A stretch of 64,000 bases of DNA. It comes from Octopus vulgaris. Taxonomy: Eukaryota. The notes beneath the pieces are model-generated. The model did not search any database and had not been told where the DNA came from. It saw nothing but the letters and a program-made list of their open reading frames with translations. The stretch lies in NCBI GenBank assembly GCA_951406725.2, contig OX597815.1:26784001-26848000 (forward strand), written 5' to 3'. Positions 40,601 to 55,370 of this stretch are shown one piece after another. How positions within the stretch are numbered: position 1 is the first letter of the stretch; the number at the start of each line of letters is the position of its first letter. A program made the position numbers and the translations under genes.

Positions 40601-43600
40601 ATACAAACTTTGTGGAAATTAGCTATACTTGTTATTGCTACAAAAGTCAATGAAATTCTTGCAGAAACAACATTTTTCTATTTACACCATATTAAAGAGA
40701 AAAAGAAACTAAGTCTCATCACTATTTAATGTCCGTGTTCCATGCTGGCATGGATTGGACTGTTTGACAGGATGACAGGTCTGACTACTGCATCATGATC
40801 CAATGTCTGTTTTGGCATTGTTTCTGTGGCTGAATGCTCTTCCAAATGCCAACCACTTTACATACAGGGTATCCCAGAAATATTTAGCCATGTTTAAAAC
40901 TCTTCCGAAAGAATATCAGTTTAGGTAATACTACCTATATTTTATATAAAGATTTGCATATATGTCTATTGTTTTGTTCGTCTATAATAGTTTTGTAAAC
41001 AAACATGGTGTCTTAAGCAAAGCGTGACCAGATTGTTGCTTTGAAAGAGTGAGCAAGAAGGACATAATAAAACAGTTGAATGTGTGCCGCAAAACAGTGT
41101 TCAATACCTGAAAACGATATATAGAGTCCACTACCTTTAGTAAGCCAATTCCTGCTAGGAAACAATCAATTCATACCAAACAAACTGTTAAGTGAATGAA
41201 CAGAAAAAGAAAAAAAAAAAACCCAAAAGCTCTTGATATTTAGAACTTGTCAATGCATAGGATTTTTAAAGATGAGTTAAAGTTAACTGCACACAAGAAA
41301 CACTTTCGGCACTTAATTTCAGCAGCTTCCAGGAAGAAACAGCTTGACAGGTAAAACCAGGTTGGTTGAGATGAAGCATGCCACTAACAAAGAGTCAATC
41401 CAGACCAACGAGAAGATCTTCACTATGGAGGCAATCAACAGGCAGAATGGCAGGCTTTATGCACGTAATGCAGGAGTCATTTACGCCATCAGAAGCCAGC
41501 TTCACTCATGGTGTGGGACAGTTGCATCTGATGCATTCAAATTCAAGTCTTCCTTGACCTTCATCGATGCTGACATCAAGGTCAACAGTGAAGTGTATGT
41601 GGAAATGTTGGATGAGAAAGCATTACCCTGGGTCATAGAAATCTTTGGTGACCACTACATCTTCATTGAAGACGAGGCTCCAGACCATACATCCAATTAT
41701 ACATGGAGGTGGTGCAAAAAGCATTTTAGCAGTTTTTGGGACATGATATGGCCTCCTCCAAGCCCAGGCAACATCAATCCCATGGACTTTGCTATCTAGT
41801 CAACCTTAGAGAGTAATGTTTCTGCTCTCTTCTATTCAAATGTATCAGATCTGAAGAAAGCCCTTCTGTCTTCATGGGTCAAATTGGATGAAAAGGTGGT
41901 ATGGCACTCCTGAAACTCAGTGGCTACTTGTTTGCAGACTATGATGAAGATGAAAAGTAATCATTTTGAAATGTAATTACTGCAATAGATTAACAATTTA
42001 CATTAGAATGTGTGTGCCAAATTCCATTATCCTACCTTAAGTTTATTTTGAATAATTAAGAAATATCAAAGGGTAAATCTTTCTGGGAAACCCTGTACTA
42101 TTTTTTGTGGCACCTGCACTAGTGAGGTCAACATGCAGTTTGCAAGACCAAGACCCCGTCCAGCTACATGGATCTACAGTAGAGATGAAAGAAAATTAAT
42201 ACTAGGAGATGAGGGGTTCAAGTATGTGAGACGGGGCAGAACAATAGGTTTCTTGATGCAGAGGAGCCACATGGCTATCGGGAAGAAGTCAGTGAAGTAT
42301 GCAGTGCCTCTCAAATTAAATGGTAGCAGCAGAATACTGCAGTCAGAGGAGATGCATGAGCAAGAAATTAGACAGGAGACCCAATTACACATCAATACAA
42401 ACACATACACTGCTTCCAGATTCTCAGTTTCACTGAGATAGGGAGGTCTTCTTGAAAACTGCATATTGCCAGTCATCCCAGCCTTCTGTATTCTTTGTGA
42501 GCTTCAAGGTTCTTAGATCAACCTTCACCACTTCATCACATGTCCTCCTGGGTCTCTCTGTTCCACAAGCTCCATTCACATCAAGCAACTGACATACAGC
42601 TGTCTGCACACTATAACCAAGTCCTCTTATGCATAATTTTTCTCTCAACACATGCATTTTGTTGTTCATGTTTACTTGCACTGCACATCCAACAGAGTAT
42701 ATTAGCTTCATTTCTTTCCAAGCCTCGTCTTCTTTCCAACTTACTAAAATTTTTGTCTTTGCTAAGTTTGACTTGAGGCTTCTGATTTTAGGTTGAGTTT
42801 CTATGCCTGAAATTTCCTTTCTAATTCCACTACAGATTCAACTATGAGAATAAGATCATCAGCATATAATAGTTCCCATGAACAGCCAGTAGGATTATGA
42901 AGAACTTTTAACTTCATGTTAAACAGTCATGAAAATCATTATTGATTCACTGCATCAGTATAAATAGCTTGTACAACCTTCACAAGTCATTCATCTGCAC
43001 CTAGTTTCCTTTAGGACCATCAAGAATAAGAAAACACAGGCAGGTTTAAAAGAGCACAAGGACTGCTAATAGGTATGTTTGCACAGGCATACAAGAGATA
43101 GATGGAGCATGAAAGACAGACCATGAATGTAAGCATTTCAATCTGCTGGGCAAGCATAAAGAACAATGTGACATACATACTGAAGAGAACATATGAACAT
43201 AAAGTACTTTACCAATGAGCGAATTGCAGGGATATGGTAACCTTTGCTTTGTAAGGGCATCAATTGCTGCCTGGGATGGCTGGTTGTGACCAGTTGGTGT
43301 TGAATTCCTATTCATACCAAGATGCATTCCTGAATAGAGAAATAATAGAAAAGGTCTTAACCAGTCAAAGGATAATGGCTTTTGTTTTTCTCACTTCTCT
43401 AGCTACAGACTATCTACACTCTTGAATTGGAATCTCAAGGAGGATCTAAATTCTGCTGGTGTAGAAAATCCAGATATCACACTGCTACATCCAATGTGTA
43501 GGTCAAGTGAAAAGTACAGTATAATCCAAATAAGAAAGAAAGGGTTTAGCACATTTTTAATGACAATTTACAATTGTTTCAGTACCACTCCGTTTTTAAT

Positions 43601-46600
43601 GCCATAGCAAAATTCCATGTGAAGTTACATAATAGTTGCAGTTTCATGCATTAGAGTGGCAAGTCATCAGATTTGCATCAAAAGGTGTGCTGTTACATTT
43701 GGAAGCACTCCGTCGGTTACGATGACGAGGGTTCCGGTTGATCCGAATCAACAGAACAGCCTGCTCGTTAAATTAACGTGTAAGTGGCTGAGCACTCCAC
43801 AGACACGTGTACCCTTAACGTAGTTCTCGGGAATATTCAGCGTGACAAGGTTGGCCCTTTGAAATACAGGTACAACAGAAACAGGAAGTAAGAGTGAGAG
43901 AAAGTTGTGGTGAAAGAGTACAGCAGGGATCACCACCATCCCCTGCCGGAGCCTCGTGGAGCTTTAGGTGTTTTTGCTCAAAAAACACTCACAACGCCCG
44001 GTCTGGGAATCGAAACCACGATCCTATGACCACGAGCCCGCTGCCCTAACCACTGGGCCATTGTGCCTCCACGCTGTTACATTATGCAACTATCAAGCAT
44101 AGAATGTTGCTTATATTGGGAGGAAGCAAGAAGTGTAAAATAGGTCACACAATGTAAGAACGCACCAACATTACACAACTTTTCACACAGAACATTTGCA
44201 CGAAATGGTATTAAAAACAGTGATGATGAAACAATTGTAACTGGTTGTCAAAAATGTGCAAAATTCCTTCTTTGCTCTGTTATTTTGATTATATTTTTAG
44301 ATATACATATTTTATATATATATAGTTGGACGTCTTTGTGAAAAATTAACAATTCATAGGCACAGGAGTGACTGTGTGGTAACTAGCTTGCTTACCAACC
44401 ACATGGCACCTTGGGCAAGTGTCTTCTACTATAGCCTCAAGCTGACCAAAGCCTTTTGAGTGGATTTGGTAGACGGAAACTGAAAGAAGCCAGTCATCAT
44501 ATATATGTATGTATGTGTGTGTATGTATGTATGTGTGTGTGTATATATGTGTGTGTGTGTATATGTGTGTGTGTGTATGTGTGTATGTTTGTGTTTGTGT
44601 GTGTGTCTGTCTCTCCAACATTGCTTGACAACCGATGCTGGCGTGTTTATGTCCCCGTAACTTAGTGGCTCGGTAAAAGAAACCGATAGAATAAGTACTA
44701 GGCTTACAAAGAATAAGTGCTGGGAGTCGATTTGCTTGACTAAAGGTGGTGCTCCAGCATGGCCGCAGTCAAACAAACAAGTGAGATTTTATCTATAAAG
44801 GGGAATTTTTTTATTTTTCAAAAAAAGTTATAGACAAAAGGAATACAAAAAACAAAAGATTTTATGTACATATACACACATTGCTACATGCTTACCAGGT
44901 ATAGGCGATGGGCCATGACCATTGCTAAGTCGTGCTTGCATTCCTTGCAAGAGTTGTGATGATGGTCCACCATTTTGTAACAGATGCTGTGAGGGAAGGA
45001 TTCCAGGCGGTAAACATGGTGAACCCCTGCCATTCATAGAAGCAATAGTTGGCATCGAATTTAAGCTTCCGGACATTTTGTTTGTCTGATAAAATAAATG
45101 TAAAAATAAGTAATATTCATCAGAATATACACACACACACAGACATTCTCTGTATTACCGCTACATCAAGTTATGGGATATTGTACTCACAGATATTGTA
45201 AAGTATAACCATTAATTTCATGATAAATTTTCTAATTTAACCTTTACAAAAATTAGATAATTTTGAAACGCTCAAAAACAACACTTTTTTCTTAACCAAA
45301 ACGTCACTAAACATTTTAGTCAAGATCAATGTGTAGTTAATAACTTGAAAAACTGTCATAATATCGGGTTGTCCCATGTGTTTTTCTTTCAATTGCATGA
45401 ACTAAAAGGCTGAGTGGTATGCGATAAACTACCTGCATCAACTTATAAAAACAGGGAGTAATTTTACTTTGTCTTAATTCTTATTGCAAGTTTTCAAGAG
45501 TGCAGTTTGATTTTAACAGTTATTTTTTTCAGAGATATAATGGAAGTGACGAAGGAGCATATTCAACATATTTTACTGAATGAGTTCAATAAAGACAACA
45601 ACGCAACGGAAAGTGTGAGGAATATTAATGCAGTATATGGGGATCGGACAATAAGCATAAGTCTGTCTTGGTGTTTCACATCACCACCCTTGTATGTGCC
45701 TTTGTTCCAGTTGTTGGTACATTTGGTGTATAAATGGAGTTTGATTCTGCTGCCCTCGTCTGTACCTCATGTCGGGCTGTTGGTTCATCCAGTATTGTGG
45801 AGAGGAGGATGTCTAGTTCCTTTATGAAGACATCTACTTCCACCTTATCCAAATTTCTTAATTTTTGTGACAGGCCATTGAACCCTAGACTATTGCAATA
45901 CCTGATCCTAAGTTTTGATGGAGTGGAGATGGTACCTTTGGTACAATACAATGGCAGCCAGTTCAGGCATTTGTATAACACTCGATGCCAAAGTTAGGTA
46001 CTAGCCCTTCTAGGACTTTCCATATGTATATTATTACATATCTCTCACGCCTTTGCTCCAGGGAGTAAAGCTGAAGTTTTCTCAGCCTATCCCTACAGCT
46101 CAACCGCTGCACTGTTTCAATCTTTTTGGTGTAGTGCTTCAAGCTCCACTGTGAGTTTGGCACTGTGTGGTGACTATAACTGGGAGCAATAGTCCAGGCA
46201 GCAGAGAACACAAGGTTATCCGCAGGGTCAACATAGTTTCTTGGTCTCTAGTCTTGAAGGACCTCAGTATTTATCCTGCCAGTTGTCTGCACTTTGCTGC
46301 TATCTTGCATTTGTGCATATGAAATGCTTTTAAAAACAATTGTAACCTTTTCAAATTCAGTTGCATTTTCAAAAACAAATTCTCTATTTTTTCCTACATG
46401 GAAATACACTCCTTTTCTTATATATATAATCACCATGTGGCTAGATATTTTAGCAGAATATTGGAAATGAATGACACTACCAGTATGACAATGACACTCT
46501 TTTATAATTATCACACAATGTTGGCGTTAGGAAGGGCATCCAGCCGTAGAAACACTGCCAGATCAGACTGGGTCTGATGCAGCCTTCTGGCTTCACAGAC

Positions 46601-49600
46601 CCCAGTTGAACCGTCCAACCTATGCTAGCATGGAAAGCGGACGCTAAACGATGATGATGATGATGATGTCCACACAAGGAGATGCATACACACACACACA
46701 AATCACTAAATCCACTCAGAAGTCTTTGGTTGGCCCTGGGCTACAAAAGAAAATATACCCAAAATGCCATGCAGTTGGGAATCAAACTTTTCAACCACAT
46801 AATCATTGATTAATATCCATGTTTAATGCTGGCATATGTTTGATGGTTTGACAGGAACCAATGTGCCCAAAGATGCATTGACTCCAATGTCTGCTTTGGC
46901 ATGATTTTTACAGCTGGATGCTCTTAAAATCAACCATATTACAGCATGGACTGGATACACATGTAAAAGAGACAAAGATAAAAAGCTTGTTTACTTACAT
47001 CATGTGCATTATTAAACACCTGAGATGTAAACGATGAAGGTGCTGAACCAACAGGAGGAATGGGCGCAGCCATTGAAAATGGAGACACATGATCCAAATT
47101 TTGGTTACTTGATGTAGGAACATCTCCTCTCATATGCCTTTCCAATTCTTCTGCAGTTACAACATTAGCGTTTGAGAAAAGTTTCTTTTCCACTTCTGCC
47201 AGTGTATGAGGTCTTGTTATGCTGCGAGATGACTGCATCATTTGCTTTGAATTCTGCAAGTGAAGTATTATATGACAGTATTGAAACAAGAACTATTAGA
47301 ATACAGTTCATTAACCGTTTAGCATTCAGATTAATTTATCAAAAGTAATGACACATTTTAAAAAATTAATTATGCATTATCTTGCAGCTTCAAGATCTCA
47401 ATGATAGGATTGCTTATTTTTAGAATGATATTGTAGGGTAGGTGTGAAGAGCTGGATCTGGCTGATTTGGGCCGAATAGGACTGGTTTAAATGCTAAAGG
47501 GTTAAACTAATTAAGGCAATAAGCATAAAAGGAATAATTTGGTTAAGAATGTAAATCACTAGACTATAGATAAATGGAGAATATGTTGAACTTGCAGTAC
47601 CATTATGTCATTAACCTTTTCATTACCAGACCACCTGTAGATGCCCCAAAAATATTTTCATTAATATTACCAAACTGTCATACCCACTTGAAATGGCCTA
47701 TTCATATTTCAGTGCAAATTTTGTTAGTACATTTGCAAAAACACACAATTTCACTATGCAAACAATTGAGTTGCAGTGTCCAACATTATTTTACATGATA
47801 TCCTAGTACTGCAAATTTCTGGAGATTCCCCCCCCCCCACTTTGATTTTCTGAAATGTTTCACTATGTTTCAAAACTGAAATGAATTCTTACAACATAAC
47901 GATGAAAAAACATAGTTTGAGGTTTCCTACATACTTGGAAGAAAGAAATCTGAGCACTTTCAAGAATATTGTGCATGTGCGTGTGTAAATTCAATTTGTA
48001 AATATTTTCAAATTTATATTTTTATTTTTTATTCACCTGCAAATCTGTAAGGCATGCGACAAATTTTGATTAATTTGTATTGTTAATCATTAGTGTATGT
48101 GTTCCTGTGTATTTATGTATGCATGTGAATTAATTTCATTTAGTTCATGACATCTATTTAAATTCCACTATATCGTTGTTTTACTTTTATGGTACACCTG
48201 TCTTATTTATGTACATTAAGTTCAAATGATAGATAATCCAGTAATTTGCACAATGCTTCCATATTAAAATTCTGTTGTATATTCATTGAATATTAGCTGA
48301 TAACTTATTTTCCATGCTGGTGTTTATACAAAACTTAATTCTATATTTCATTGTATTTACCTGTAATTAGATTCACTTTGAGACAAAAACTATGAAATTG
48401 ATTTGCTTAAGGACCTTTTGTTAAACTGTGTTCCAAAAATCACTATGCTGATTAATAAAAGTTATGAAACGAGTCTAAATTCATGATTATTTTAGAATTT
48501 TACTGAGACATAAAGGGTGTACTTTGGTTAGCAACATAGTAAGGAAAAGGTTAAACAAAATACCAGACCTGTATAACATACCGAGATTTCAAAACTTAAT
48601 CTGCAAAGAAATGCAGCAGATGACAAAGAAAAAAAAATCCTCAAATTAACTCTGAACACTATCCTTTCATAATTATACAATAACATTCTTGGCTATTACT
48701 AACCATTCTTATATGAACCAGTATAAAACAATCAGAGCTGGAATGTATCTATAGCCAGTAACCATTAAATGGTATATCAAACATATCAGCCATTGTCTAC
48801 TTCAGCAAAGTAAATTTTGGTAAGATGACCCCGTATTCAATCACTTGACCTACCACAAGTAATGATCAGATTCCTACAAATGACATTTTACTATCTTACA
48901 AGATGGACACATTAAATAATGTAGTCCTAGATGCACAAAAATATGCAATGGTCACAGTTGTATTCCCTGTAGGCCTGCTCAATTAGACTTATGAGCAGAA
49001 CCACTCACCAGGGGGATAAGGTCTTGTCTGTCTTCTTGCTAAGACGTTAGTCTTTGCCAAGTTAACCTTAAGGCTCTTAAATTACATGTTTTGCTTCAAC
49101 ACCTGAACTTTCTTTTCTAGCCCTGATATAGAATCTGCTATGAGGGCAGGATCATCAGCATACAGTAGCTCCCAAATTTGAATTCCTGTTATGGCCTGGA
49201 GGACAATGAACAGGAGGGGACTAAGAACTGAGTCTTGATGAATACCTACCTGTACACCAAATTCTTCATTGTACTCATAGTTAACTCTCACCTTACTGAC
49301 CTGTACAGTTTTCAATGAAATTGGTTGGTTTGAATTTAATTCACTTAGAACAAGAAGTTTATATCATAGAACCAGGGGTGATGATAGACCAGTTGGTATC
49401 AAAATACATTCCATGACAATCACTGGATGTTCAACATTCCAAAAGACGTGTAATGACCTCAGTCTGTGAATGTTAAAATTATGCTATGAAAAGATGCATA
49501 TCCAGATTTGGGAGGAATTTTCTTTTAATAAACTTTTCTTGTTCAAGAGTTGTAATTCTTGGATAACAGACTGCCTAAGAGTAACAGTATTAGCCTGCCT

Positions 49601-52600
49601 TAACTGAAAATATCTACAATCTACTTACCTGAAGGCTAGTTTGCCCAGTTGATTTGGCAAAATTAAAGAAAGACTGAAGACTATCAGGTGGATTTGGCTT
49701 GGGCTGTGTGTTACCAGGCTGCAAAATCTCTGCTGGAGGAGACCACCAAATACTGTGGCTGTTTGGTGATACCTTAGAATACAAAATGTTTAAATTCAAG
49801 TTTCCCTACCAAAATTCTTTAAAAAAATACAGCATTAATCTTTCCATATGGAAATAAATTTGATTCTTTCAATACCACATTTTACATTAATTTTTAACAG
49901 ATTGCATATTTTGGTATGAGTAGATTTAAAGCTTTTTCTAAAGTGCTCACTATAGCACTTTATGTATTTCAAAATACCTGTTAATGATCAAAATTTAGTT
50001 CTATCATTCAGTGAAGACTAGATTTTTATGTAATATATGAAAATTAAGATAATTAGAAAGCTGACACTTATCTTCTTAGAACTTAAATTTAACTTGACAA
50101 ACCACTTGAACTATTGTAACCACAACTACTTACAACAGTGGACTGTGTCACTCCACAGTAACTAATCACAAGAAATTTTAGTTTTAATAGTTAACAGACA
50201 ATGACGGGCAGCATACATGATCTTTTTCAGGACTTCCAAGTCATCATCATCATCGTTTAGTGTCCGCTTTCCATGCTAGCATGGGTTGGACGGTTCAACT
50301 GGGGTCTGGGAAGCCAGGAGGCTGCACTAGGCCCAGTCTGATCTGGCAATGTTTCTATGGCTGGATGCCCTTCCTAACGCCAACCACTCCATGAGTGTAG
50401 TGGGTGCTTTTTACGTGTCAGACAAGGCTGGCAAACGGCCACGATCGGATGATGCTTTTTACGTGCCACCGGCACAGAGGCCAGTCGGGGCGGCACTGGT
50501 ATCATAGCTACAATTTCCATTGATGTTGATTTTCACTTGCCTCAACAATCTTCACAAGTAGAGTTTTGTGTCCCAAGAAAGAAAGGTATGCATAAGTGGA
50601 CTAAGGCCATGGGTTATGGTCTCACTTGTCCTGCCGGGTCTTCTCACGCACAGCATACTTCCAAAGGTCGAAGTAAGGAAAGTTATCCTCAGACCAGTGG
50701 CCTAAACTGAATGCTTGCAAACAAATGGACAATCACTCCGAATAAGATTAGTTCCATTCATAGCTAGCTTTCCAGTTTCTATTGACTAAAATCCAATCAA
50801 GTGGCTATGGTAGCAGACACTTGCCCAGGATTCTATGTAGTGCAACTAAACCCAGAAACACGTAGTTGCAAAGTGAACTCAAGCACACAACCATGCCTGT
50901 ACTAGTGATGTGGCTGAAGATAAAAGATGCCCCAGAGAAAATGTTATTCCAGTTATATTCTCTGTATACATTATTCATTGATGCTCAATTTACATTTATA
51001 TATATTTAACTTAATACAAAAAAGACAATTTTTACTTGTTACTTCATTAAAATTAAATTTACAATACAATTCAGTTAGTTAAGTTTTCGACTTACAAAGT
51101 ATATGAAATATACTTTAGCTTTTCACAGCAGACATGGAACCTTAAGTTTTATTGGAGAGGAATTCAAAACCTTATGCTTTTCGTGCCTTTCATAAAATGA
51201 AGTATATCACATGCATTTTGAAATTGATCGTAAGTTCATTATCTTACTTCATTAATCGATCGTAAGTTCATTCTTACCACCACATTTTACTTCAATAATG
51301 TTCATTACTAGATTAGAAGTTAAGATTTACACTTCAGGGAGGAGAAATAAGAAGATATGATATTCATATTTTTTCTACAAGCAGAGTAGAAAAAAAAAAG
51401 AAAAAAAAGATGGTGTAGTACCAACTAGAAATAAAAATCTTATGAATTCAGTTTCTTCTTCACAAGCCTACCACTGAGCACAAGCATTGTAAACATTTCA
51501 TTATTACAAGGCATGTAAAAAAAAAAAAATTTTTTTAATTTATCCAAAGAAATGTTTTCCAAAGGATATAAAATCTCAACTTACCATCACCAGACAATGT
51601 GGTTGATCAAATGGCACAGTATTTACTTGCTAAAAAGGAAGGGGCAATCTCTAAGAAAATATATACTTTTGTCTCTAGAGATTTCCTTGTTTGTGTTTCA
51701 TAAAAATAATCCTGCCCTCATTGCTGTAGCAGCAAGAGTAGGATGTTGTCAAAGGGTTCTAATAATGATTAGGTGAGAAGCTATTCCCAACCAAGATTTT
51801 ATAAGCAACTCCAGATACCGTTTGCCAAAATATTAACACTTGATATAAGCAATAAGAGATGAGCAGATGGTAACTTGTCATGACTCTTATGAGAATCATC
51901 GCAGTAAATGAAGATATTTCAGCTGAAGAGTTACAACTACCTAACTAATAAAATATAGTACCAATAATGATTAAACATTGGCACAGACCACAAACTTCAG
52001 GAATAGGGTTTGCCAATGCAACAACAAATTGGCAGTTCATGAACTTCAATTGTAGAAGAATATGATTTAAGTTGTTTTTTGTTCAGTCCTCTACAAATTC
52101 CAGTCCACTGCCTTTGATACTAATAATAAGAGTAAAATAATAATAATAATAAGAGTAATAATAATAATAATAATCTTACCAAGTGCTCAGTATCCAAAAG
52201 TCCAGGAGGAGATGATGGACCAAACAAATGATTAAGATTAATAGGTTTCTAAATTAAAAAAAATTAAATATTACTGTGTAAGATTACATGTAAACAGTTC
52301 AGAAGAGGAATTTAACTTATTCAATGAAACAATTATAGATACTATTATAAATCATAGATTCTACTATTTGCAGATTTCAGCTTCTCAAATTCAGAGTCAT
52401 AATCAGAACCATCAGCTTTGGGGAAAGCTAGGATCTTTATCCAACGATCCTTTGTTTCAAGACATTATCTTTCCAACGCAACTGACCCTAGAAACGTTCC
52501 CTACTTTGAATACTACTTTGGACAATTACATATGTTACAAAGGTCACTGCCTTGCTTACTTTTGGTACATCTTTAGCATAACTTGAATTGGAGACTGATG

Positions 52601-54423
52601 TATTGCCACTAAATCTCTTCTCAGACAAATCAAGCCTCTCATCCTCCTCTTCATCATCATCAACCACAAGATTGTAAATACTTTCTTCCAGAAACTCCTG
52701 AAATAGAAAATAAAAAAGCCTTCGTTTAGACAGTTTTCTTTTTGATGAGGACTAATGAACTTCAACATTTTCTCATCTTGATTTTTAAGATTGGGAGAAG
52801 GGATACACATTTTTTTGGAGAAAGATATAAATGATTAAATCAACCTAAGTATTTAGCTGTTCATTTTATTGACCCTGAAAGGATGAAAAGCAATGTTGAC
52901 CGCAGTGGGATTGAACTGAGAACATAAAGGATCATAACTAAATATCCCATGGTATTTTGAAAATAGGGCATTCCTATTGCTCAATACATAGAACAATCAA
53001 TAGTGAGCTCTAACATTTCAATCAAAACCTTAAAAGATAAGTCAACTGATTTAAGTTATATACTGAAAAGTAAAGCAGAACATTAACAATTTAAAGAGAT
53101 AATAGCTATACAGACACACTCTACCCAATAAAACGATTCTCATACTGAATAAGCCATTGCACAAATTAAATATTGTTATTAGAATGAAAAATTGCTAAGA
53201 GAAAAACTTTGTTCACCATATAAGTTTATATAACAATTTAATTATACATGAGATTAATACAAAATAAGTCATATGCACTATATTGTCAGGTAATGTAACC
53301 ACTTATGATCATTTCCAGATTTCTATAGATGCCTTTAGGATCTGACTAATAGCATGTATAATTCTAATGGTACTGAAGTGGAATAATACTTAACTAGGTT
53401 AAAAAATCATTATTCTTCTGTTGTCAAACATGCAGGTTCTGGAAATTTTCACTGCAAAATTATTATAGGGAAATCATTAATCTTATATATCCTTAAAGAA
53501 TGCCCACATTTCCATACAAGAATGGATTTGACAGGAATTAATTTAATAATCAGAGGCTCTTCATATTAACAACCCCAACATGTTTTTCAGTTAAAAGATT
53601 TTTTTTAGGAATACAATCACGAGTCTAAAAACATAAAACTACACACCTTCACAATGTGTAGTAAGTCTGCAAAGAAAAAATAAATGTTGAACTAAAGACT
53701 GTGGATTGCTAACAATGAAGTGAAACGCTATATTTTAACACCATATAAGAGATAATAATGTCACTGATGAAATAGATGTGTGACATTGCAGAATTAAAGC
53801 AATATTCCTGTGTTGGATAAACTCAATACCCTTAGTACAGTTTGGCTATGATGAAAGAAGATTATGCATAAATAAACAAGGTCAAATATAAAGAGAAATA
53901 GCTTCACATGAAAATAAATACCTCCTGTATTCGGAAGACATCCTCGAAATTCTCATCTAGGAATGCTTTGGGGGTGATCTCCTGAGACAACTTAGATGAT
54001 TTTTCAAGACCCTGATTTTCAATTGGTCTGTTATTAAGCGGAAAACCTGCCTGTAATGGATTATGGTCTTCCTGCCATTCATATGCTGATAAATGAAAAA
54101 AATATTAAAATTTTATTTTTAATCTACCTAGCAATAAGCAACACATAAGAGTCCATATCAATATCTTAATTTCTTTTTCTATCTAATCAATATATATATG
54201 TCTATTTTTTCAATGTGCACAAATAACATGGAAAAATATATGCAGTCATCACATTCGGTTAAAATGGCTTATTGATGTGCTGTGTTTCTCTTTTTTTCCC
54301 TTTGATGAGAAGATAGCATTGTTTTACATCATTTTATTCCCTCTGGAATAACACCGATGTTTTCTTCGAAACATATGTCAGAAGTATAAAGATTTGAATA
54401 ACACCTGCATTTAACTCCATTTC

Positions 54424-54454
<31 letters not shown>

Positions 54455-55117
54455 TATGTAGGTATGTACATGTATGTGTGTATATATGCACACACACACA
54501 CACACATATATATATATTATATAGTCAAACACCATGCATCCATTTCCAAGTAAGTTTTATCTTAATACTGATGCGCACTCTACAACCTATCTATTCTATC
54601 ACCCTCTCTTGTTCTTCCTTTCTGTTTTTCTCTCCCCTTCACCATTCCCTCTCTCTCTCTCTCTTCCTCCTTGACTTGTTAATTTACATGTGACCAACGG
54701 TTATCTTTCTTCCACTTCCTCCATAAAGACATGCTTTTGCTTGTCTCTTCTCAAAGCTCATTTTTCCAGCGTTCACCACTTCACCTCGTAATGGCTTAAC
54801 AGCCCTCACCGTTTGTTCTTACTGTCCTGTTTTTCTTACCACTTTAACCCTCCACAAAAAATCCCAAATTTTATTTTAATTTGCTTTGCGGGAAGGATTG
54901 TTTCAACAAAGTCGCGTCTTGTCCCTACCTTCAAAACATAGAGTAGAAAAAACAGGGGACAACTGATGACGGGAATGTTCTTTATGATTCTTTCATTGTT
55001 CAGAAAAGTTTGTTTTCCATGCTTTTGTTTATGTTCTCGTTTCTCCTTTTGTTCACATTTTTTGACATCTTGTACTCATATATGCATGTAATATATACAT
55101 ATGTGTGTATATATGCA

Positions 55118-55152
<35 letters not shown>

Positions 55153-55370
55153 TTATCAAAAGAAAAACAGGATGCAAAGGATTTAGCGGTACATATGTTT
55201 CTGGCTTTATTAGACAGTTTATATCAATGCATAATTGATGTAATATGTATGTCAATAGCCTTCTTCAGCCGCGCACAATTACCACACCAAAGACATGTAT
55301 TACATTATAAGTTTGGGAAGCAAATCTCATAGTCGCATACAGCAGAGCGAGACACCAAAACAAAAACGTG

